Assembly (NCBI GenBank): GCA_016874115.1
Contig: VGVA01000002.1
Span: 8,102-72,101, forward strand
From: Gammaproteobacteria bacterium
GTDB lineage: Bacteria; Pseudomonadota; Gammaproteobacteria; Methylococcales; Methylomonadaceae
DNA length: 64,000 nt
Reading direction: 5' to 3'
Below are positions 43,531 through 56,267 of the stretch, in pieces; position 1 is the stretch's first letter, and the number at the start of each line of letters is the position of its first letter. The notes beneath the pieces are model-generated. The model searched no databases. It saw only the letters and a program-made list of their open reading frames with translations, and was not told the origin of the DNA. A program made the translations under genes and the position numbers.

Positions 43531-44202
43531 TTATTTTTTGGCTTCAGCATTAACGGCTGCATTGTGTGCATCCATATCAAAAACTTCACCTTTAAATATC
43601 CATACTTTAATTCCGATTACACCATAAGTCGTGTTGGCTTCTGCAGTGGCATAATCAATATCGGCGCGTAATGTATGTAAAGGTACTCGCCCTTCACGAT
43701 ACCATTCTGTCCGTGCAATTTCAGCCCCATTTAAACGACCGCCCACGGTAATTTTGATGCCTTCAGCGCCCAAACGCATGGTGTTAGTTACCGCTCGCTT
43801 CATTGCCCGGCGGTACATAATCCGTTTTTCCAACTGTTGCGCCACACCCTCAGCCACTAACTGCGCATCCAGTTCTGGCTTCCTGATTTCTTCAACATTA
43901 AGCTGAACCGGAACACCGATCATTTTGGAAATTTGGGACCGCAAAACGTCAATATCCTCTCCCTTTTTACCAATCACAATTCCAGGCCTTGCTGTATAAA
44001 TTGTAATATGAGCATTATTGGCAGGACGGTTTATCTGAATACGGCTTACCGAAGCATGAGCAAGTTTATTTTTTAAAAACTTTCTGACTTCAAGATCCTG
44101 ATTCAAATAAAGCGGATAATCATGGCTATTGGCATACCATCTTGAATTCCAGTCTTTAACGATACCCAGACGAATACCGATTGGATGTACTTTTTGTCCC
44201 AT
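43531..44202 (-). CDS. rpsC: 30S ribosomal protein S3
   Basis: [36 protein letters not shown]. Confidence 0.99.
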   Translation of the reverse strand: MGQKVHPIGIRLGIVKDWNSRWYANSHDYPLYLNQDLEVRKFLKNKLAHASVSRIQINRPANNAHITIYTARPGIVIGKKGEDIDVLRSQISKMIGVPVQLNVEEIRKPELDAQLVAEGVAQQLEKRIMYRRAMKRAVTNTMRLGAEGIKITVGGRLNGAEIARTEWYREGRVPLHTLRADIDYATAEANTTYGVIGIKVWIFKGEVFDMDAHNAAVNAEAKK

Positions 44203-44207
44203 GATTA

Positions 44208-44543
44208 TTACCCGCGCTCCGATACCTTAACTGTTATATGACAGGTTCTCTTAAGGATATGGTTTGCACGTCCTTTAGCTCTTGCCTTAAATCTTTTCAT
44301 GGTTTGCGCTTCATCGACATAGACCGTCGATACTCTTAATTCATCGATATCGGCGCTATCATTATGTTCTGCATTAGCAATGGCAGACTCAAGAATTTTT
44401 TTTACGATTGCCGCGCCTTTTTTTGAGCTAAACCTCAAAGCATTCAATGCTTGCTCTACCGGCAAACCACGGATCAAATCCCCAATCAGACGCGCTTTTT
44501 GGGCTGATAGCGGAGCATTACTTAATTTGGCTGAAACTTCCAT
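44208..44543 (-). CDS. rplV: 50S ribosomal protein L22
   Basis: [27 protein letters not shown]. Confidence 0.99.
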   Translation of the reverse strand: MEVSAKLSNAPLSAQKARLIGDLIRGLPVEQALNALRFSSKKGAAIVKKILESAIANAEHNDSADIDELRVSTVYVDEAQTMKRFKARAKGRANHILKRTCHITVKVSERG

Positions 44544-44565
44544 TACACAAGAACCTTAATTAAAC

Positions 44566-44838
44566 CTATTTCGATTTTTTATCGGCCACGTGACCTTTGT
44601 ATGTTCGCGTCGGAGCAAATTCGCCTAATTTATGCCCAATCATATTTTCCGATACGAGAACAGGAATATGCAAACGACCATTATGAACAGCAATCGTTAA
44701 ACCCAACATGTCAGGAGTAATCATCGATCTTCTTGACCAAGTTTTAATCGGTTTACGATTATTGGCTTTGACAGCATCTTCTACTTTTTTAAGTAAATGA
44801 TGATCTATGAAAGGGCCTTTTTTAATTGAACGCGGCAC
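44566..44838 (-). CDS. rpsS: 30S ribosomal protein S19
   Basis: [27 protein letters not shown]. Confidence 0.99.
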   Translation of the reverse strand: MPRSIKKGPFIDHHLLKKVEDAVKANNRKPIKTWSRRSMITPDMLGLTIAVHNGRLHIPVLVSENMIGHKLGEFAPTRTYKGHVADKKSK

Positions 44839-44857
44839 GAATTTTCCTCACTTAACC

Positions 44858-45679
44858 TTATTTTCTACGCCTAACAATCATGTTGTCAGTACGCTTGTTC
44901 TTTCTTGTTTTGTAGCCTTTCGTCGGAATACCCCAAGGTGTTACCGGATGACGCCCGCCCGAAGTACGACCCTCACCACCGCCGTGAGGGTGGTCTACAG
45001 GATTCATAACGACACCTCGCACCGTCGGCCTGATACCTTTCCAACGTTTGGCACCCGCTTTGCCTAATGACCGCAAGTTATGCTCTGAGTTGGAAACTTC
45101 GCCTATCACCGCGCGACAATCAGCCATCACTTTCCGCATCTCTCCAGAACGGAGACGAATTGTTGCATGAGCACCTTCTCTTGCCACCAACTGCGCTGAC
45201 GCGCCTGCACTACGCGCTAATTGCGCACCTTTGCCAGGCTTTAATTCGACACAGTGCACAACAGTACCTAATGGCACATTGCGCAATGGCATACAGTTTC
45301 CTGATTTAACTGGAGCAGTTTCAGTCGAAATTATTTCTTGCCCAGCCTCAATACCCTTCGGAGCAATGATATAGCGTCTTTCTCCATCTTTATATAAGAC
45401 AAGAGCAATATTGGCAGTCCTATTTGGATCGTATTCAATCCGCTCAACTACCGCAGGGATATCTAGTTTATTTCGTCTGAAATCAATTATACGGTAGTGC
45501 TGCTTATGTCCGCCGCCGATATGTCTTGTTGTAATCCGACCCTGGTTATTTCTCCCACCACGCTTGGTTAATTTGGTTAGTAAAGGCGCATAAGGCTTAC
45601 CTTTGTAAAGACTTTCGTCCTTTACTCTAACGACAAAACGGGAACCTGGTGATGTCGGCTTTGACTTTATAATAGCCAT
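44858..45679 (-). CDS. rplB: 50S ribosomal protein L2
   Basis: [31 protein letters not shown]. Confidence 0.99.
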   Translation of the reverse strand: MAIIKSKPTSPGSRFVVRVKDESLYKGKPYAPLLTKLTKRGGRNNQGRITTRHIGGGHKQHYRIIDFRRNKLDIPAVVERIEYDPNRTANIALVLYKDGERRYIIAPKGIEAGQEIISTETAPVKSGNCMPLRNVPLGTVVHCVELKPGKGAQLARSAGASAQLVAREGAHATIRLRSGEMRKVMADCRAVIGEVSNSEHNLRSLGKAGAKRWKGIRPTVRGVVMNPVDHPHGGGEGRTSGGRHPVTPWGIPTKGYKTRKNKRTDNMIVRRRK

Positions 45680-45710
45680 GTTTAATATACCGTTATTAAT
45701 ATCTACTTAT

Positions 45711-46004
45711 TTATGGTGTTACAAAGCTGATGTCATGCCCTTGCTTAAGTTTAACGTAGGCCTTTTTCCAATTTGAACGTTGACCCATCGTTTTTCCGAA
45801 ACGTTTTTTCTTACCTTTAACGTTCAATACTTGGACTGATTCAACTTCGACATCAAACATGGTTTCAACTGCTTTTTTAATTTGTAGCTTAGTCGCTTGT
45901 TTTTTTATCCTAAAAACAAAACGGTTTGACTTCTCCGCAGCAGTCGTGCTTTTTTCAGAAATAATTGGCGCTTCTAATAGATCGCTTAATTGACTGTGAC
46001 TCAT
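45711..46004 (-). CDS. rplW: 50S ribosomal protein L23
   Basis: PIISEKS, IKKAVE.MF.V.V, WKKAYV.L. Confidence 0.99.
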   Translation of the reverse strand: MSHSQLSDLLEAPIISEKSTTAAEKSNRFVFRIKKQATKLQIKKAVETMFDVEVESVQVLNVKGKKKRFGKTMGQRSNWKKAYVKLKQGHDISFVTP

Positions 46005-46618
46005 GACAAACGCTCTTCAATTTTTTTGATTGCAGCTGAAGTTGCGATAGTCTTCTCTGCCGTCAGCAAAAGCACCGGACTCAGATTATCTGCCTCAATC
46101 ACTTCAACATAAGGGATATTTCGCGAGGCTAACACCAAATTAATATCCATTTGATCGACAATTATCAAGATACGCTTTGCATCAATACCACTCAAAAAAC
46201 TACAAAATTGCTTTGTTTTTGGCGAAGACGGCACAACGGCATCGCTGATTATTAATCTATTCTGCCTGAGCAATTCTGACAAAATGGAACGTATACCTAC
46301 ACGATACATCTTCTTGTTCAGCTTTTGCTCAAAATTTCGCGGTCTAGCAGCAAATGATACACCGCCAGTACGCCAGATCGGGCTTCTAGTTGAACCTGAT
46401 CGCGCACGGCCTGTGCCTTTTTGACGCCACGGCTTAGTACCGCCACCACTTACATCAGACCTTGTTTTTTGTGCTTTTGTACCTGCTCTTGCTCCTGCCA
46501 GATAACGGGTAACAAGTTGATGAATTAATGTTTCGTTATAAGATTGACCGAAAACATCTTCACTAACATCAAGGTGTTTAACATTACTGCCGTTTAAAGC
46601 TGATATTTGCAAGACCAT
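46001..46618 (-). CDS. rplD: 50S ribosomal protein L4
   Basis: KPWRQKGTGRARSG, KLNKKM. Confidence 0.99.
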   Translation of the reverse strand: MVLQISALNGSNVKHLDVSEDVFGQSYNETLIHQLVTRYLAGARAGTKAQKTRSDVSGGGTKPWRQKGTGRARSGSTRSPIWRTGGVSFAARPRNFEQKLNKKMYRVGIRSILSELLRQNRLIISDAVVPSSPKTKQFCSFLSGIDAKRILIIVDQMDINLVLASRNIPYVEVIEADNLSPVLLLTAEKTIATSAAIKKIEERLS

Positions 46619-46621
46619 ATT

Positions 46622-47272
46622 TTAACCTTTGTTTTTCGCTTTAACGGCGGGCGTTACTACAACATCACCACCTTTAGCACCAGGAACAGCGCCTTTAATT
46701 AATAATAAATTTCTTTCTGTATCGATAGAATGGATTACCAAATTTTGGGTAGTTCTTATTACAGCACCCAAATGTCCAGCCATCTTTTTGCCTTTAAACA
46801 CTCTGCCCGGCGTCTGATTCATACCGATAGAACCCAAAACCCGGTGCGAAACAGAGTTACCGTGCGTAGCATCTTGCATATGAAAGTGATGACGCTTTAT
46901 TCCACCGGCAAACCCTTTACCGATAGTACGTCCTTGCACATCGACCATTTGCCCCGGCGAAAAAATACTTACTGTTAGCTCGGAACCAACTGACAGCTCA
47001 TTACCTTCGCCATCATTTAATCGAAATTCCCATAAGCCTCTACCAGCAGTCATATCAGCTTTCGCATAATGCCCCGCCATTGGCTTATTAACATGAGATG
47101 ATTTTTTATCGCCAACTGCAACTTGTATTGAACGATAACCATCAATTTCGAGACTTTTAACCTGCGCAATTTTGTTGCGGTCGATTTGAAGCACGGTTAC
47201 TGGCACGGAAACGCCATCCTGACCAAATACTCTGGTCATACCGCATTTTCGACCCACAAGACCTATTGACAT
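46622..47272 (-). CDS. rplC: 50S ribosomal protein L3
   Basis: [30 protein letters not shown]. Confidence 0.99.
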   Translation of the reverse strand: MSIGLVGRKCGMTRVFGQDGVSVPVTVLQIDRNKIAQVKSLEIDGYRSIQVAVGDKKSSHVNKPMAGHYAKADMTAGRGLWEFRLNDGEGNELSVGSELTVSIFSPGQMVDVQGRTIGKGFAGGIKRHHFHMQDATHGNSVSHRVLGSIGMNQTPGRVFKGKKMAGHLGAVIRTTQNLVIHSIDTERNLLLIKGAVPGAKGGDVVVTPAVKAKNKG

Positions 47273-47294
47273 CTGCCAATCCTTCCTATTTCTT

Positions 47295-47606
47295 TTAATT
47301 CAATTTAATCTGAACGTCTACACCTGCCGCCAAATCCAGCTTCATTAACGCATCAACCGTTTTATCAGTTGGCTCAACGATATCTAGCAGCCGCTTGTAG
47401 GTTCTTAATTCATATTGATCCCTGGCATCCTTATTAACATGCGGAGAAATCAATACCGTAAAACGTTCTTTTTTAGTAGGCAGGGGAATGGGACCCTTTA
47501 CCTGAGCCCCTGTTCTCCTAGCGGTTTCTACTATCTCGCCAGCCGATTGGTCAATCAACTTGTGGTCGAACGATTTCAAACGGATTCTGATAGTTTGATT
47601 TGTCAT
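47295..47606 (-). CDS. rpsJ: 30S ribosomal protein S10
   Basis: [32 protein letters not shown]. Confidence 0.99.
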   Translation of the reverse strand: MTNQTIRIRLKSFDHKLIDQSAGEIVETARRTGAQVKGPIPLPTKKERFTVLISPHVNKDARDQYELRTYKRLLDIVEPTDKTVDALMKLDLAAGVDVQIKLN

Positions 47607-47611
47607 ATTGC

Positions 47612-48802
47612 TTACTCGATAATAGACGCCACAACACCCGCACCAACCGTGCGACCACCTTCGCGTATCGCGAAGCGTAAGCCGTCCTGCATCGCAATAG
47701 GTGAAATCAATGTCACTTCGACCGCAATATTATCGCCCGGCATTACCATTTCAGTCCCTTCCGGCAATTTTACAGCACCTGTTACATCTGTTGTTCTAAA
47801 GTAAAATTGCGGACGATAACCATCGAAAAACGGAGTATGCCTACCACCTTCTTCTTTGGATAAAACGTAAATCTCTGCTTTGAATTTAGAATGCGGCTTA
47901 ATGGTGCCCTTATGCGCCAGTACTTGGCCACGCTCTACCTCGTCACGCTTCGTGCCTCTCAAAAGCAAACCAACGTTATCGCCAGCCTCACCTTGATCCA
48001 GCAATTTGCGGAACATTTCAACACCAGTAACAGTCGTGGAAGTCGTTGGTCGAATACCGACAATCTCAACTTCCTGACCCACCTTAATAACACCTCTTTC
48101 GATACGGCCGGTAACAACGGTTCCGCGACCAGAAATCGAGAATACGTCTTCAATCGGCATTAAAAAAGCACCATCAACCGCGCGCTCCGGCAATGGGATA
48201 TAACTATCCAGCGCTTCAACCAACTTAACGATGGCAGGCACACCGATTTCGCTTTGATCGCCCTCCAACGCCTTTAAAGCCGACCCTTTAATAATAGGAG
48301 TATCGTCACCAGGGAATTCGTACATATCCAGCAATTCACGCACTTCCATCTCTACCAGCTCAAGCAACTCTGCATCATCAACCATATCGGCCTTATTCAA
48401 GAAGACGACGATATAAGGAACGCCAACCTGTCTTGATAATAGAATGTGCTCCCGAGTTTGCGGCATTGGACCGTCCGCTGCAGAAACAACCAGAATCGCA
48501 CCATCCATCTGCGCGGCACCGGTAATCATATTTTTTACGTAGTCAGCATGGCCCGGACAGTCAACGTGCGCATAATGTCGCAAAGAGGACTGATATTCCA
48601 CGTGTGAAGTCGCAATCGTAATACCACGCGCGCGCTCTTCAGGCGCATTGTCAATTTGATCGAACGCTTTAACTTCACCACCCTGTAATTCCGCCATCAC
48701 CTTGGTTAAGGCGGCTGTCAAAGTTGTTTTGCCATGGTCAACGTGCCCAATGGTGCCAACGTTGACATGCGGCTTAGTACGTGTAAATTTTTCTTTAGCC
48801 AT
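47612..48802 (-). CDS. tuf: Elongation factor Tu
   Basis: [38 protein letters not shown]. Confidence 0.99.
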   Translation of the reverse strand: MAKEKFTRTKPHVNVGTIGHVDHGKTTLTAALTKVMAELQGGEVKAFDQIDNAPEERARGITIATSHVEYQSSLRHYAHVDCPGHADYVKNMITGAAQMDGAILVVSAADGPMPQTREHILLSRQVGVPYIVVFLNKADMVDDAELLELVEMEVRELLDMYEFPGDDTPIIKGSALKALEGDQSEIGVPAIVKLVEALDSYIPLPERAVDGAFLMPIEDVFSISGRGTVVTGRIERGVIKVGQEVEIVGIRPTTSTTVTGVEMFRKLLDQGEAGDNVGLLLRGTKRDEVERGQVLAHKGTIKPHSKFKAEIYVLSKEEGGRHTPFFDGYRPQFYFRTTDVTGAVKLPEGTEMVMPGDNIAVEVTLISPIAMQDGLRFAIREGGRTVGAGVVASIIE

Positions 48803-48843
48803 GACTCAATACCTTTTTGTTACATTCAAATTATGATTCTAAA

Positions 48844-50925
48844 TTAACCGTTTCTGCCAATCGATGCAGGCACTTCACTGTATTTTTCAAACTGCATACT
48901 GTATGTAGCGCGCCCTTGTGTTGCCGAACGCAAATCAGTTGCATAACCGAACATTTCCGCCAACGGCACCTCACAACTAATGGTTTTCCCCGCTGGCGCG
49001 TCACCCATGCCTTGTATGACGCCACGACGCCTATTAATATCGCCGACCACATCACCCATATAATCCTCCGGCGTAATGATTTCCACCTTCATGATGGGTT
49101 CAAGAAGTACCGGATTAGCTTTTCCCGCACCTTCTCTAAAACACATTGAGCCGGCGATTTTGAAAGCCATTTCGCTCGAATCAACATCGTGATACGAACC
49201 ATCGTACAAACTCACCTTCACATCCACAACGGGATAACCGGCAATTATACCACTTTTTAGCTGTTCCTGAACCCCTTTATCGACCGCCGGTATAAATTCT
49301 TTTGGTACCGCACCGCCGACGACCTCATTAACAAATTCGTAACCAGAACCTCTTTCCTTGGGCTCGATACGCAACCAGACATGACCGTATTGCCCACGAC
49401 CTCCTGATTGTCTGATAAATTTACCTTCCTGCTCGACAATAGAACGGACGGTTTCCCGATAAGCAACTTGCGGCGCACCAACACTAGCGCCTACATTGAA
49501 CTCTCTTTTCATCCGGTCAACGATAATTTCCAGATGCAACTCTCCCATTCCGGAAATTATAATTTGTCCGGATTCTTCATCCGTACGCACACGAAAAGAC
49601 GGATCTTCCTGCGCTAACTTCCCTAAAGCAATCGCCATTTTGTCCTGATCCACCTTGGTTTTTGGCTCAACCGCCACAGATATAACCGGCTCAGGAAACT
49701 CCATTCGCTCCAGGATAATGACGTCACCAGGGTCGCAAAGCGTATCCCCTGTCGTCACCTCTTTTAATCCGATTGCCGCCGCTATATCGCCGGCGCAAAC
49801 TACTTTTACCTCTTCCCGGCTGTTGGCATGCATCTGAACGATACGCCCAATGCGTTCCTTTTTTTTCTTTAGCGGGTTATAAACGACATCTCCAGACTTC
49901 AAAACCCCTGAATACACCCTAAAAAATGTCAACGCTCCGACAAAAGGGTCTGTCGCAATCTTAAACGCTAATGAAGCAAACGGCTTACCATCCGATGCAA
50001 CCCGCTCAGCTTCAGTTTCGCCGTCGTCCAGCAAACCTTTAACCGCCTTTATATCGACGGGCGACGGCAAATACTCAATGACCGCATCCAGCATTGACTG
50101 AACACCTTTATTTCTAAAAGCAGAACCGCAAAATGTCGGAACCAATTGATTTGCTATCGTTAATTTTCTTATAGCAAACCGCACCTCTTCTTCAGTCAGA
50201 TCACCTTCTTCAAGGTATTTGCCGGTTAACTCTTCACTAGCATCCGCCGCCGCTTCTACTAAACGCTCGCGCCACTCTTGGCATTGCACCAGCATACCTT
50301 TGGGCACCTCTTTTTCTTGAAAAGTCATACCCATAGAGGATTCATCCCAGTAGACGGCTTTCATCTTAATAAGATCTACAATGCCATCGAAATAATCCTC
50401 AGCACCGATAGGAATCTGCATTACCACCGGCTTTCCGCCCAAACGACTCTCTATCTGCTTAATAACACGAAAAAAATCCGCACCGGACCTATCCATCTTA
50501 TTAATAAACGCTAGACGGGGGACATGATATTTATTCGCCTGCCGCCAAACCGTTTCCGATTGAGGCTCAACCCCACCAACCGCGCAAAATACCGCGCAAG
50601 CGCCATCAAGAACTCTTAAGGAGCGCTCTACCTCAATTGTAAAATCAACATGCCCAGGCGTATCAATGATATTAATTCGATGCTGCGGGAATTGGCCGTC
50701 CATACCACTCCAAAAACAGGTTGTTGCAGCAGAGGTAATCGTAATCCCTCTTTCCTGCTCCTGCTCCATCCAATCCATGATCGCCGCGCCATCATGCACT
50801 TCACCAAGCTTGTGCGATACACCCGTGTAATACAGAATCCGTTCTGTAATTGTGGTCTTGCCGGCATCTATATGAGCCATTATCCCGATATTTCGGTAAC
50901 GCTCTATTGGAGTCTTTCTAACCAC
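48844..50925 (-). CDS. fusA: Elongation factor G (divergent; C-terminal tail possibly frameshifted)
   Basis: [40 protein letters not shown]. Confidence 0.97.
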   Translation of the reverse strand: MVRKTPIERYRNIGIMAHIDAGKTTITERILYYTGVSHKLGEVHDGAAIMDWMEQEQERGITITSAATTCFWSGMDGQFPQHRINIIDTPGHVDFTIEVERSLRVLDGACAVFCAVGGVEPQSETVWRQANKYHVPRLAFINKMDRSGADFFRVIKQIESRLGGKPVVMQIPIGAEDYFDGIVDLIKMKAVYWDESSMGMTFQEKEVPKGMLVQCQEWRERLVEAAADASEELTGKYLEEGDLTEEEVRFAIRKLTIANQLVPTFCGSAFRNKGVQSMLDAVIEYLPSPVDIKAVKGLLDDGETEAERVASDGKPFASLAFKIATDPFVGALTFFRVYSGVLKSGDVVYNPLKKKKERIGRIVQMHANSREEVKVVCAGDIAAAIGLKEVTTGDTLCDPGDVIILERMEFPEPVISVAVEPKTKVDQDKMAIALGKLAQEDPSFRVRTDEESGQIIISGMGELHLEIIVDRMKREFNVGASVGAPQVAYRETVRSIVEQEGKFIRQSGGRGQYGHVWLRIEPKERGSGYEFVNEVVGGAVPKEFIPAVDKGVQEQLKSGIIAGYPVVDVKVSLYDGSYHDVDSSEMAFKIAGSMCFREGAGKANPVLLEPIMKVEIITPEDYMGDVVGDINRRRGVIQGMGDAPAGKTISCEVPLAEMFGYATDLRSATQGRATYSMQFEKYSEVPASIGRNG

Positions 50926-50957
50926 CGAAACAAAACCAAGCTTTCTCTATTTCTCGA

Positions 50958-51428
50958 TTACCACCGGTAATGTGAGAACGCTTTATTCGCCTCCGCCATA
51001 CGATGAGTATCTTCCCGTTTCTTTGCTGCAGCACCACGACTTTCAAACGCATCCAGCAATTCACCCGCCAATTTAGAAGACATTCTTCTTTCATTGCGCT
51101 TGTGCGCAGCATCAATCAGCCAACGCATAGCCAAAGCAACGCGTCTTGATGGTCGAACCTCTACCGGCACCTGGTATGTAGCACCGCCGACACGACGCGA
51201 TTTCACCTCTACGCGAGGTTGAACATTCTCTAATGCTTTCGATAATATCTCGAGCGGCTCGTTATGACCTTTCTTTTCAATAACATCCAAAGCGCCGTAA
51301 ACAATGCTTTCCGCTATCGACTTTTTTCCGCTCTCCATGATCATGTTCATGAATTTAGTCAGCATCGTGCTGCCATATCGCGGATCCGGAATGATTTCTC
51401 TTTTAGTAGCGACTCTTCTTCTTGACAT
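50958..51428 (-). CDS. rpsG: 30S ribosomal protein S7
   Basis: [27 protein letters not shown]. Confidence 0.99.
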   Translation of the reverse strand: MSRRRVATKREIIPDPRYGSTMLTKFMNMIMESGKKSIAESIVYGALDVIEKKGHNEPLEILSKALENVQPRVEVKSRRVGGATYQVPVEVRPSRRVALAMRWLIDAAHKRNERRMSSKLAGELLDAFESRGAAAKKREDTHRMAEANKAFSHYRW

Positions 51429-51442
51429 TGTTCACCAAAATC

Positions 51443-51820
51443 TTATTTACCTTTTGGGCGCTTTGTTCCATATTTAGAACGTCCGCACTTCCTGTTATTA
51501 ACGCCTGAAGCATCAAGACTACCACGAACAACGTGATAACGAACGCCAGGCAAATCTTTTACCCGCCCACCCCGTATTAATACTACCGAGTGCTCTTGCA
51601 AGTTGTGCCCTTCACCACCAATATAGCTACTAACCTCTGATCCGTTGGTAAGCCGTACCCTAGCCACTTTTCGAAGTGCTGAGTTCGGCTTTTTTGGCGT
51701 CGTAGTATAAACGCGCGTACAAACGCCCCTGCGCTGCGGACATGCCTCCAAAGCAGGCACATTGCTTTTTTCTACTTTCTTTGTGCGCGGCTTACGAACC
51801 AATTGGTTGATCGTGGCCAT
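51443..51820 (-). CDS. rpsL: 30S ribosomal protein S12
   Basis: [25 protein letters not shown]. Confidence 0.99.
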   Translation of the reverse strand: MATINQLVRKPRTKKVEKSNVPALEACPQRRGVCTRVYTTTPKKPNSALRKVARVRLTNGSEVSSYIGGEGHNLQEHSVVLIRGGRVKDLPGVRYHVVRGSLDASGVNNRKCGRSKYGTKRPKGK

Positions 51821-51935
51821 ATTTTATAAACTCCAATTTTTCAGTTAAGTGTTTAATAACTTTGCAATTCTAAATTCTCAACGGCTCGCCGCTATTCAAC
51901 TCTATTGCAAAACACTTAGGTCATGTGAGCAGAGC

Positions 51936-51964
51936 ATGATACTTGGTAACCAGATTGAGGTCAA
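51936..51964 (-). promoter_or_regulatory. str operon promoter
   Basis: Minus strand TTGACC-N17-TATCAT between rpoC and rpsL. Confidence 0.7.
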
Positions 51965-51988
51965 GCTGATTTTTTAGAATCCTGCCCC

Positions 51989-54900
51989 TTAATTATTTAA
52001 TGCTTGCTTTAAGGCTTCTTCGACCTCGTCAACATCGACTCCTTGGCTAATCTCATTGTCATCGACGTACTCTTGCATGGCGTCATTTTTTCTGCTTTCA
52101 TGATAAGCAAGCCCGGTTCCCGCCGGTATTAATCGGCCAACAATGACATTCTCTTTCAGCCCCAACAGACTGTCGCCAAGACCTCGCACCGCAGCATCCG
52201 TTAAAACCCGGGTGGTTTCCTGGAAGGATGCTGCAGAAATAAACGATTCTGTCGCCAAAGATGCCTTGGTTATACCTAATAAAATAGACTCGTAGGTAGC
52301 CGACTTTTTGCCTTCGGCTTCCACTTTATCATTTTCCTCTCTGAGAACGGTGCGCTCAACCTGATCGCCTTTCAAGAAAGAAGTGTCACCCGGATCGGTT
52401 ATTTCCACTTTTCTCAGCATTTGCCGAATGATCGCTTCAATATGCTTGTCATTAATTTTTACACCCTGTAAGCGATAAACGTCTTGAATTTCTTTAACCA
52501 GATAATTCGCCAAGTCCTCAATGCCTCGCAGCCTTAATATGTCATGCGGGGTAAGTTCGCCCTCAGCAATGGTTTCGCCTTTTTCCACATATTCGCCTTC
52601 AAACACGGTAATATGGCGCCATTTTGATATCAGCGTTTCCACCTGCTCTCCGGAAGAATCGGTAATAATGACTCTCTGTTTGCCTTTGGTTTCTTTGCCG
52701 AACGATACGGTCCCGCTAGTTTCCGCCAAAATCGCCGGATCTTTGGTTTTACGGGCCTCAAACAAATCGGCGACACGCGGTAAACCACCGGTAATATCTC
52801 TGGTTTTACTGGATTCTTGCGGAATCCGCGCCAATACGTCGCCAACTTTTACTTCGCCGCCGTCTTTAATACCGACAATAGCGCCGGTTGGCAAGAAATA
52901 CTGCGCCGGTATCTCGGTTCCTGGCAGATAAATAGGATCACCGTTACTACTCAGTAATTTAACCATTGGGCGTAACTCTTTGCCTGCGCTACCTCGTTGT
53001 TTTGGATCAATAACAACCATGGAACTCAACCCTGTGACTTCGTCCGATTGTTTCTGTACGGTAACCCCATCGACGAAATGAATCATTTCGACAACGCCGT
53101 CTACCTCGGTAATAACCGGGTGAGTGTGTGGATCCCAGGTAACGATAATATCGCCAGGGTTGACTTTATCGCCTTCTTTTACCGACAACACAGCACCATA
53201 AGGTATTTTATACCGTTCGCGTTCGCGCCCGTATTCGTCCACGACACCAACTTCGCCAGACCTTGAAACGGCAATCAAATTGCCTTCCCTATTAATAACG
53301 GATTTCAAGTTGTTTAAGCGCAACGTTCCTGCCGATTTAACTTGCACGTTACTAATTGCAGCCGATCTGGATGCTGCACCACCGATGTGGAAAGTACGCA
53401 TGGTTAATTGGGTACCCGGTTCGCCGATAGACTGTGCAGCGATAACACCGACTGCCTCGCCGACATTAACTAAATGACCACGACCTAAATCGCGGCCATA
53501 GCATGAAACACAAACGCCATGTCGGTTTTCACACGTAATGATGGAACGCACTAAGACTTGGTCTACGCTGTTTTTATCCAACACGGAAACCCAATGCTCA
53601 TCCAACAAGGTACCTTTGGATACAATGATTTTTTCACCGCTCGCATCCGTAATGTCTTCGGCGGCAATCCGGCCCAAGACCCGTTCCGATAAAGGTTCTA
53701 CAACATCGCCGCCTTCAATAATCGGAGTCATAATTAAGCCATTAACGGTACCGCAGTCATCACCAATAATGACCAGATCTTGCGCCACGTCTACCAAACG
53801 ACGCGTTAAATAACCGGAGTTTGCTGTTTTTAATGCAGTATCCGCTAAACCTTTGCGGGCGCCATGCGTCGAAATAAAGTACTGGAGCACGTCCAGTCCT
53901 TCTCTAAAATTTGCCGTGATGGGCGTTTCAATAATGGAACCGTCCGGCTTGGCCATCAAACCGCGCATACCCGCCAACTGACGTATCTGCGCCGCAGAAC
54001 CCCGTGCACCGGATTCCGCCATCATAAAAATTGAGTTAAACGACTTTTGCTTAACCGTATGCCCTTCCGCATTAATCACCGATTCTTCGCCCAAACCGTC
54101 CATCATGACCTTGGCAACTTGATCGTTGGCATGAGACCAGATATCCACAACCTTATTGTAACGTTCGCCATCTGTTACCAAACCGGATGCATACTGAGCC
54201 TGGATTTCACTGACTTCGGCCTCGGCAGATTTAATAATATCGATTTTTTTGCCGGGTATTACCATATCATCAATACCGAACGACACACCTGATATAGTGG
54301 CGTACCGAAAGCCCAGATACATGATTTGGTCAGCCAGTACAACGGTATCTTTATTGCCCAAATGCCGGTAACTGTAATTAACCAGCCGGGATATATTCTT
54401 TTTGGTCATATCGCAGTTGACCAATTCGAACGGCATGAAATCCGGCATAACCTCCCAAATTAACGCCCGGCCGACTGTCGTATGAGCGCGATAGGTTTTT
54501 TGCTCAATTTCACCGTTGTCGTTTTTGACTTTTTCAGTAACCCGCAACTGTATCTTGGTCTGCAGTTCTACAGTTTTCGCCATCAAGGCTTTATGAATTT
54601 CACCGATATCGATAAAAATACTGCCGTCGCCTTTGGAATTAACTTTTTCTCGGCTGATGTAGTAAAGACCCAATACCACATCTTGCGACGGATTGATAAC
54701 CGGTTCGCCATTCGCCGGCGACAGAATATTGTTGGTCGCCATCATTAATGTGCGCGCTTCCAATTGCGCTTCGATGGAAAGCGGAATATGCACCGCCATC
54801 TGGTCGCCGTCGAAGTCAGCGTTAAATGCGCTACAAACCAGAGGATGCAATTGGATAGCTTTACCTTCGATCAGAATCGGCTCAAACGCCTGAATACCCA

Positions 54901-56194
54901 GACGATGCAAAGTCGGCGCACGGTTCAATAACACCGGATGTTCACGGATAACTTCCTCCAGGATATCCCATACTTCGTGACCTTCACGCTCCACCATTTT
55001 TTTGGCCGCCTTAATGGTCGTTGCCAAACCGCGAAACTGCAACTTGCTAAAAATAAACGGCTTAAATAATTCGAGCGCCATTTTTTTAGGCAAGCCGCAC
55101 TGATGCAACCTTAAGGTTGGTCCCACCACGATCACAGAACGGCCTGAATAATCGACCCGTTTACCCAATAAATTCTGACGGAACCGGCCTTGCTTGCCTT
55201 TTATCATATCCGCTAACGACTTGAGCGGTCGGCGATTAGTACCAGTGATTGCCCTGCCCCTGCGACCATTGTCAAGCAAGGCATCCACTGACTCCTGGAG
55301 CATACGCTTTTCGTTGCGGACAATAATATCCGGCGCACTTAAATCGAGCAGACGATTCAAACGGTTATTTCGATTAATAACCCGGCGGTATAGATCGTTT
55401 AAGTCGGAGGTGGCAAAACGTCCGCCATCTAAGGGCACCAGTGGTCTTAATTCCGGCGGCAATACCGGTAATACCTTCAAAACCATCCATTCCGGACGGT
55501 TTTTGGATGTCAACAACGCATCCATAACTTTCAGGCGCTTGGATATTTTTTTTATTTTGGTTTCTGAATTGGTCTCGCTGATTTCTTTGCGAAGCACTTC
55601 GACTTCTTCTTTCAGATCGATCGCTTTTAACAATTCATAAATGGCTTCCGCACCCATTTTTGCCGTGAAGTCATCGCCATACTGCTCTACAGCATCCAGA
55701 TATTCGTCATCCGTTAATAGGAGACCTTTATTGAGCGGCGTGGTGCCGGGATCCAGAATAACGAAAGATTCGAAATAAAGAACGCGCTCGATTTCCCGAA
55801 GAGTCATGTCCAGCAGCAAGGCAATACGGGAAGGCAACGACTTCAAAAACCAAATATGGGCGACAGGACTGGCCAGATCGATGTGCCCCATGCGTTCACG
55901 GCGGACTTTTGAGAGCGTAACTTCTACTCCGCATTTTTCGCAGATAACGCCGCGATGCTTCAAACGCTTATATTTGCCGCACAGACATTCGTAATCGCTG
56001 ACCGGACCAAAAATTTTGGCGCAAAACAAGCCGTCCCGTTCCGGTTTAAAGGTACGGTAATTAATGGTTTCGGGCTTTTTAACTTCGCCGTAAGACCAGG
56101 AGCGAATCATGTCCGGCGAGGCCAAGCCGATACGTATACCATCGAAATCATTGGAACGGCCTTGGCGTTTTAAGAAATTCATTAAATCTTTCAA
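51989..56194 (-). CDS. rpoC: RNA polymerase beta' subunit
   Basis: KPETINYRT, zinc-finger CLCGKY…[16 protein letters not shown] catalytic motif. Confidence 0.99.
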   Translation of the reverse strand: MKDLMNFLKRQGRSNDFDGIRIGLASPDMIRSWSYGEVKKPETINYRTFKPERDGLFCAKIFGPVSDYECLCGKYKRLKHRGVICEKCGVEVTLSKVRRERMGHIDLASPVAHIWFLKSLPSRIALLLDMTLREIERVLYFESFVILDPGTTPLNKGLLLTDDEYLDAVEQYGDDFTAKMGAEAIYELLKAIDLKEEVEVLRKEISETNSETKIKKISKRLKVMDALLTSKNRPEWMVLKVLPVLPPELRPLVPLDGGRFATSDLNDLYRRVINRNNRLNRLLDLSAPDIIVRNEKRMLQESVDALLDNGRRGRAITGTNRRPLKSLADMIKGKQGRFRQNLLGKRVDYSGRSVIVVGPTLRLHQCGLPKKMALELFKPFIFSKLQFRGLATTIKAAKKMVEREGHEVWDILEEVIREHPVLLNRAPTLHRLGIQAFEPILIEGKAIQLHPLVCSAFNADFDGDQMAVHIPLSIEAQLEARTLMMATNNILSPANGEPVINPSQDVVLGLYYISREKVNSKGDGSIFIDIGEIHKALMAKTVELQTKIQLRVTEKVKNDNGEIEQKTYRAHTTVGRALIWEVMPDFMPFELVNCDMTKKNISRLVNYSYRHLGNKDTVVLADQIMYLGFRYATISGVSFGIDDMVIPGKKIDIIKSAEAEVSEIQAQYASGLVTDGERYNKVVDIWSHANDQVAKVMMDGLGEESVINAEGHTVKQKSFNSIFMMAESGARGSAAQIRQLAGMRGLMAKPDGSIIETPITANFREGLDVLQYFISTHGARKGLADTALKTANSGYLTRRLVDVAQDLVIIGDDCGTVNGLIMTPIIEGGDVVEPLSERVLGRIAAEDITDASGEKIIVSKGTLLDEHWVSVLDKNSVDQVLVRSIITCENRHGVCVSCYGRDLGRGHLVNVGEAVGVIAAQSIGEPGTQLTMRTFHIGGAASRSAAISNVQVKSAGTLRLNNLKSVINREGNLIAVSRSGEVGVVDEYGRERERYKIPYGAVLSVKEGDKVNPGDIIVTWDPHTHPVITEVDGVVEMIHFVDGVTVQKQSDEVTGLSSMVVIDPKQRGSAGKELRPMVKLLSSNGDPIYLPGTEIPAQYFLPTGAIVGIKDGGEVKVGDVLARIPQESSKTRDITGGLPRVADLFEARKTKDPAILAETSGTVSFGKETKGKQRVIITDSSGEQVETLISKWRHITVFEGEYVEKGETIAEGELTPHDILRLRGIEDLANYLVKEIQDVYRLQGVKINDKHIEAIIRQMLRKVEITDPGDTSFLKGDQVERTVLREENDKVEAEGKKSATYESILLGITKASLATESFISAASFQETTRVLTDAAVRGLGDSLLGLKENVIVGRLIPAGTGLAYHESRKNDAMQEYVDDNEISQGVDVDEVEEALKQALNN

Positions 56195-56267
56195 GATTTT
56201 ATCCTCTTTTAAATAATATCTGGACGATTCCTAAACAAAACTGTCGGTACGTTTTTGTCTATGGAAA

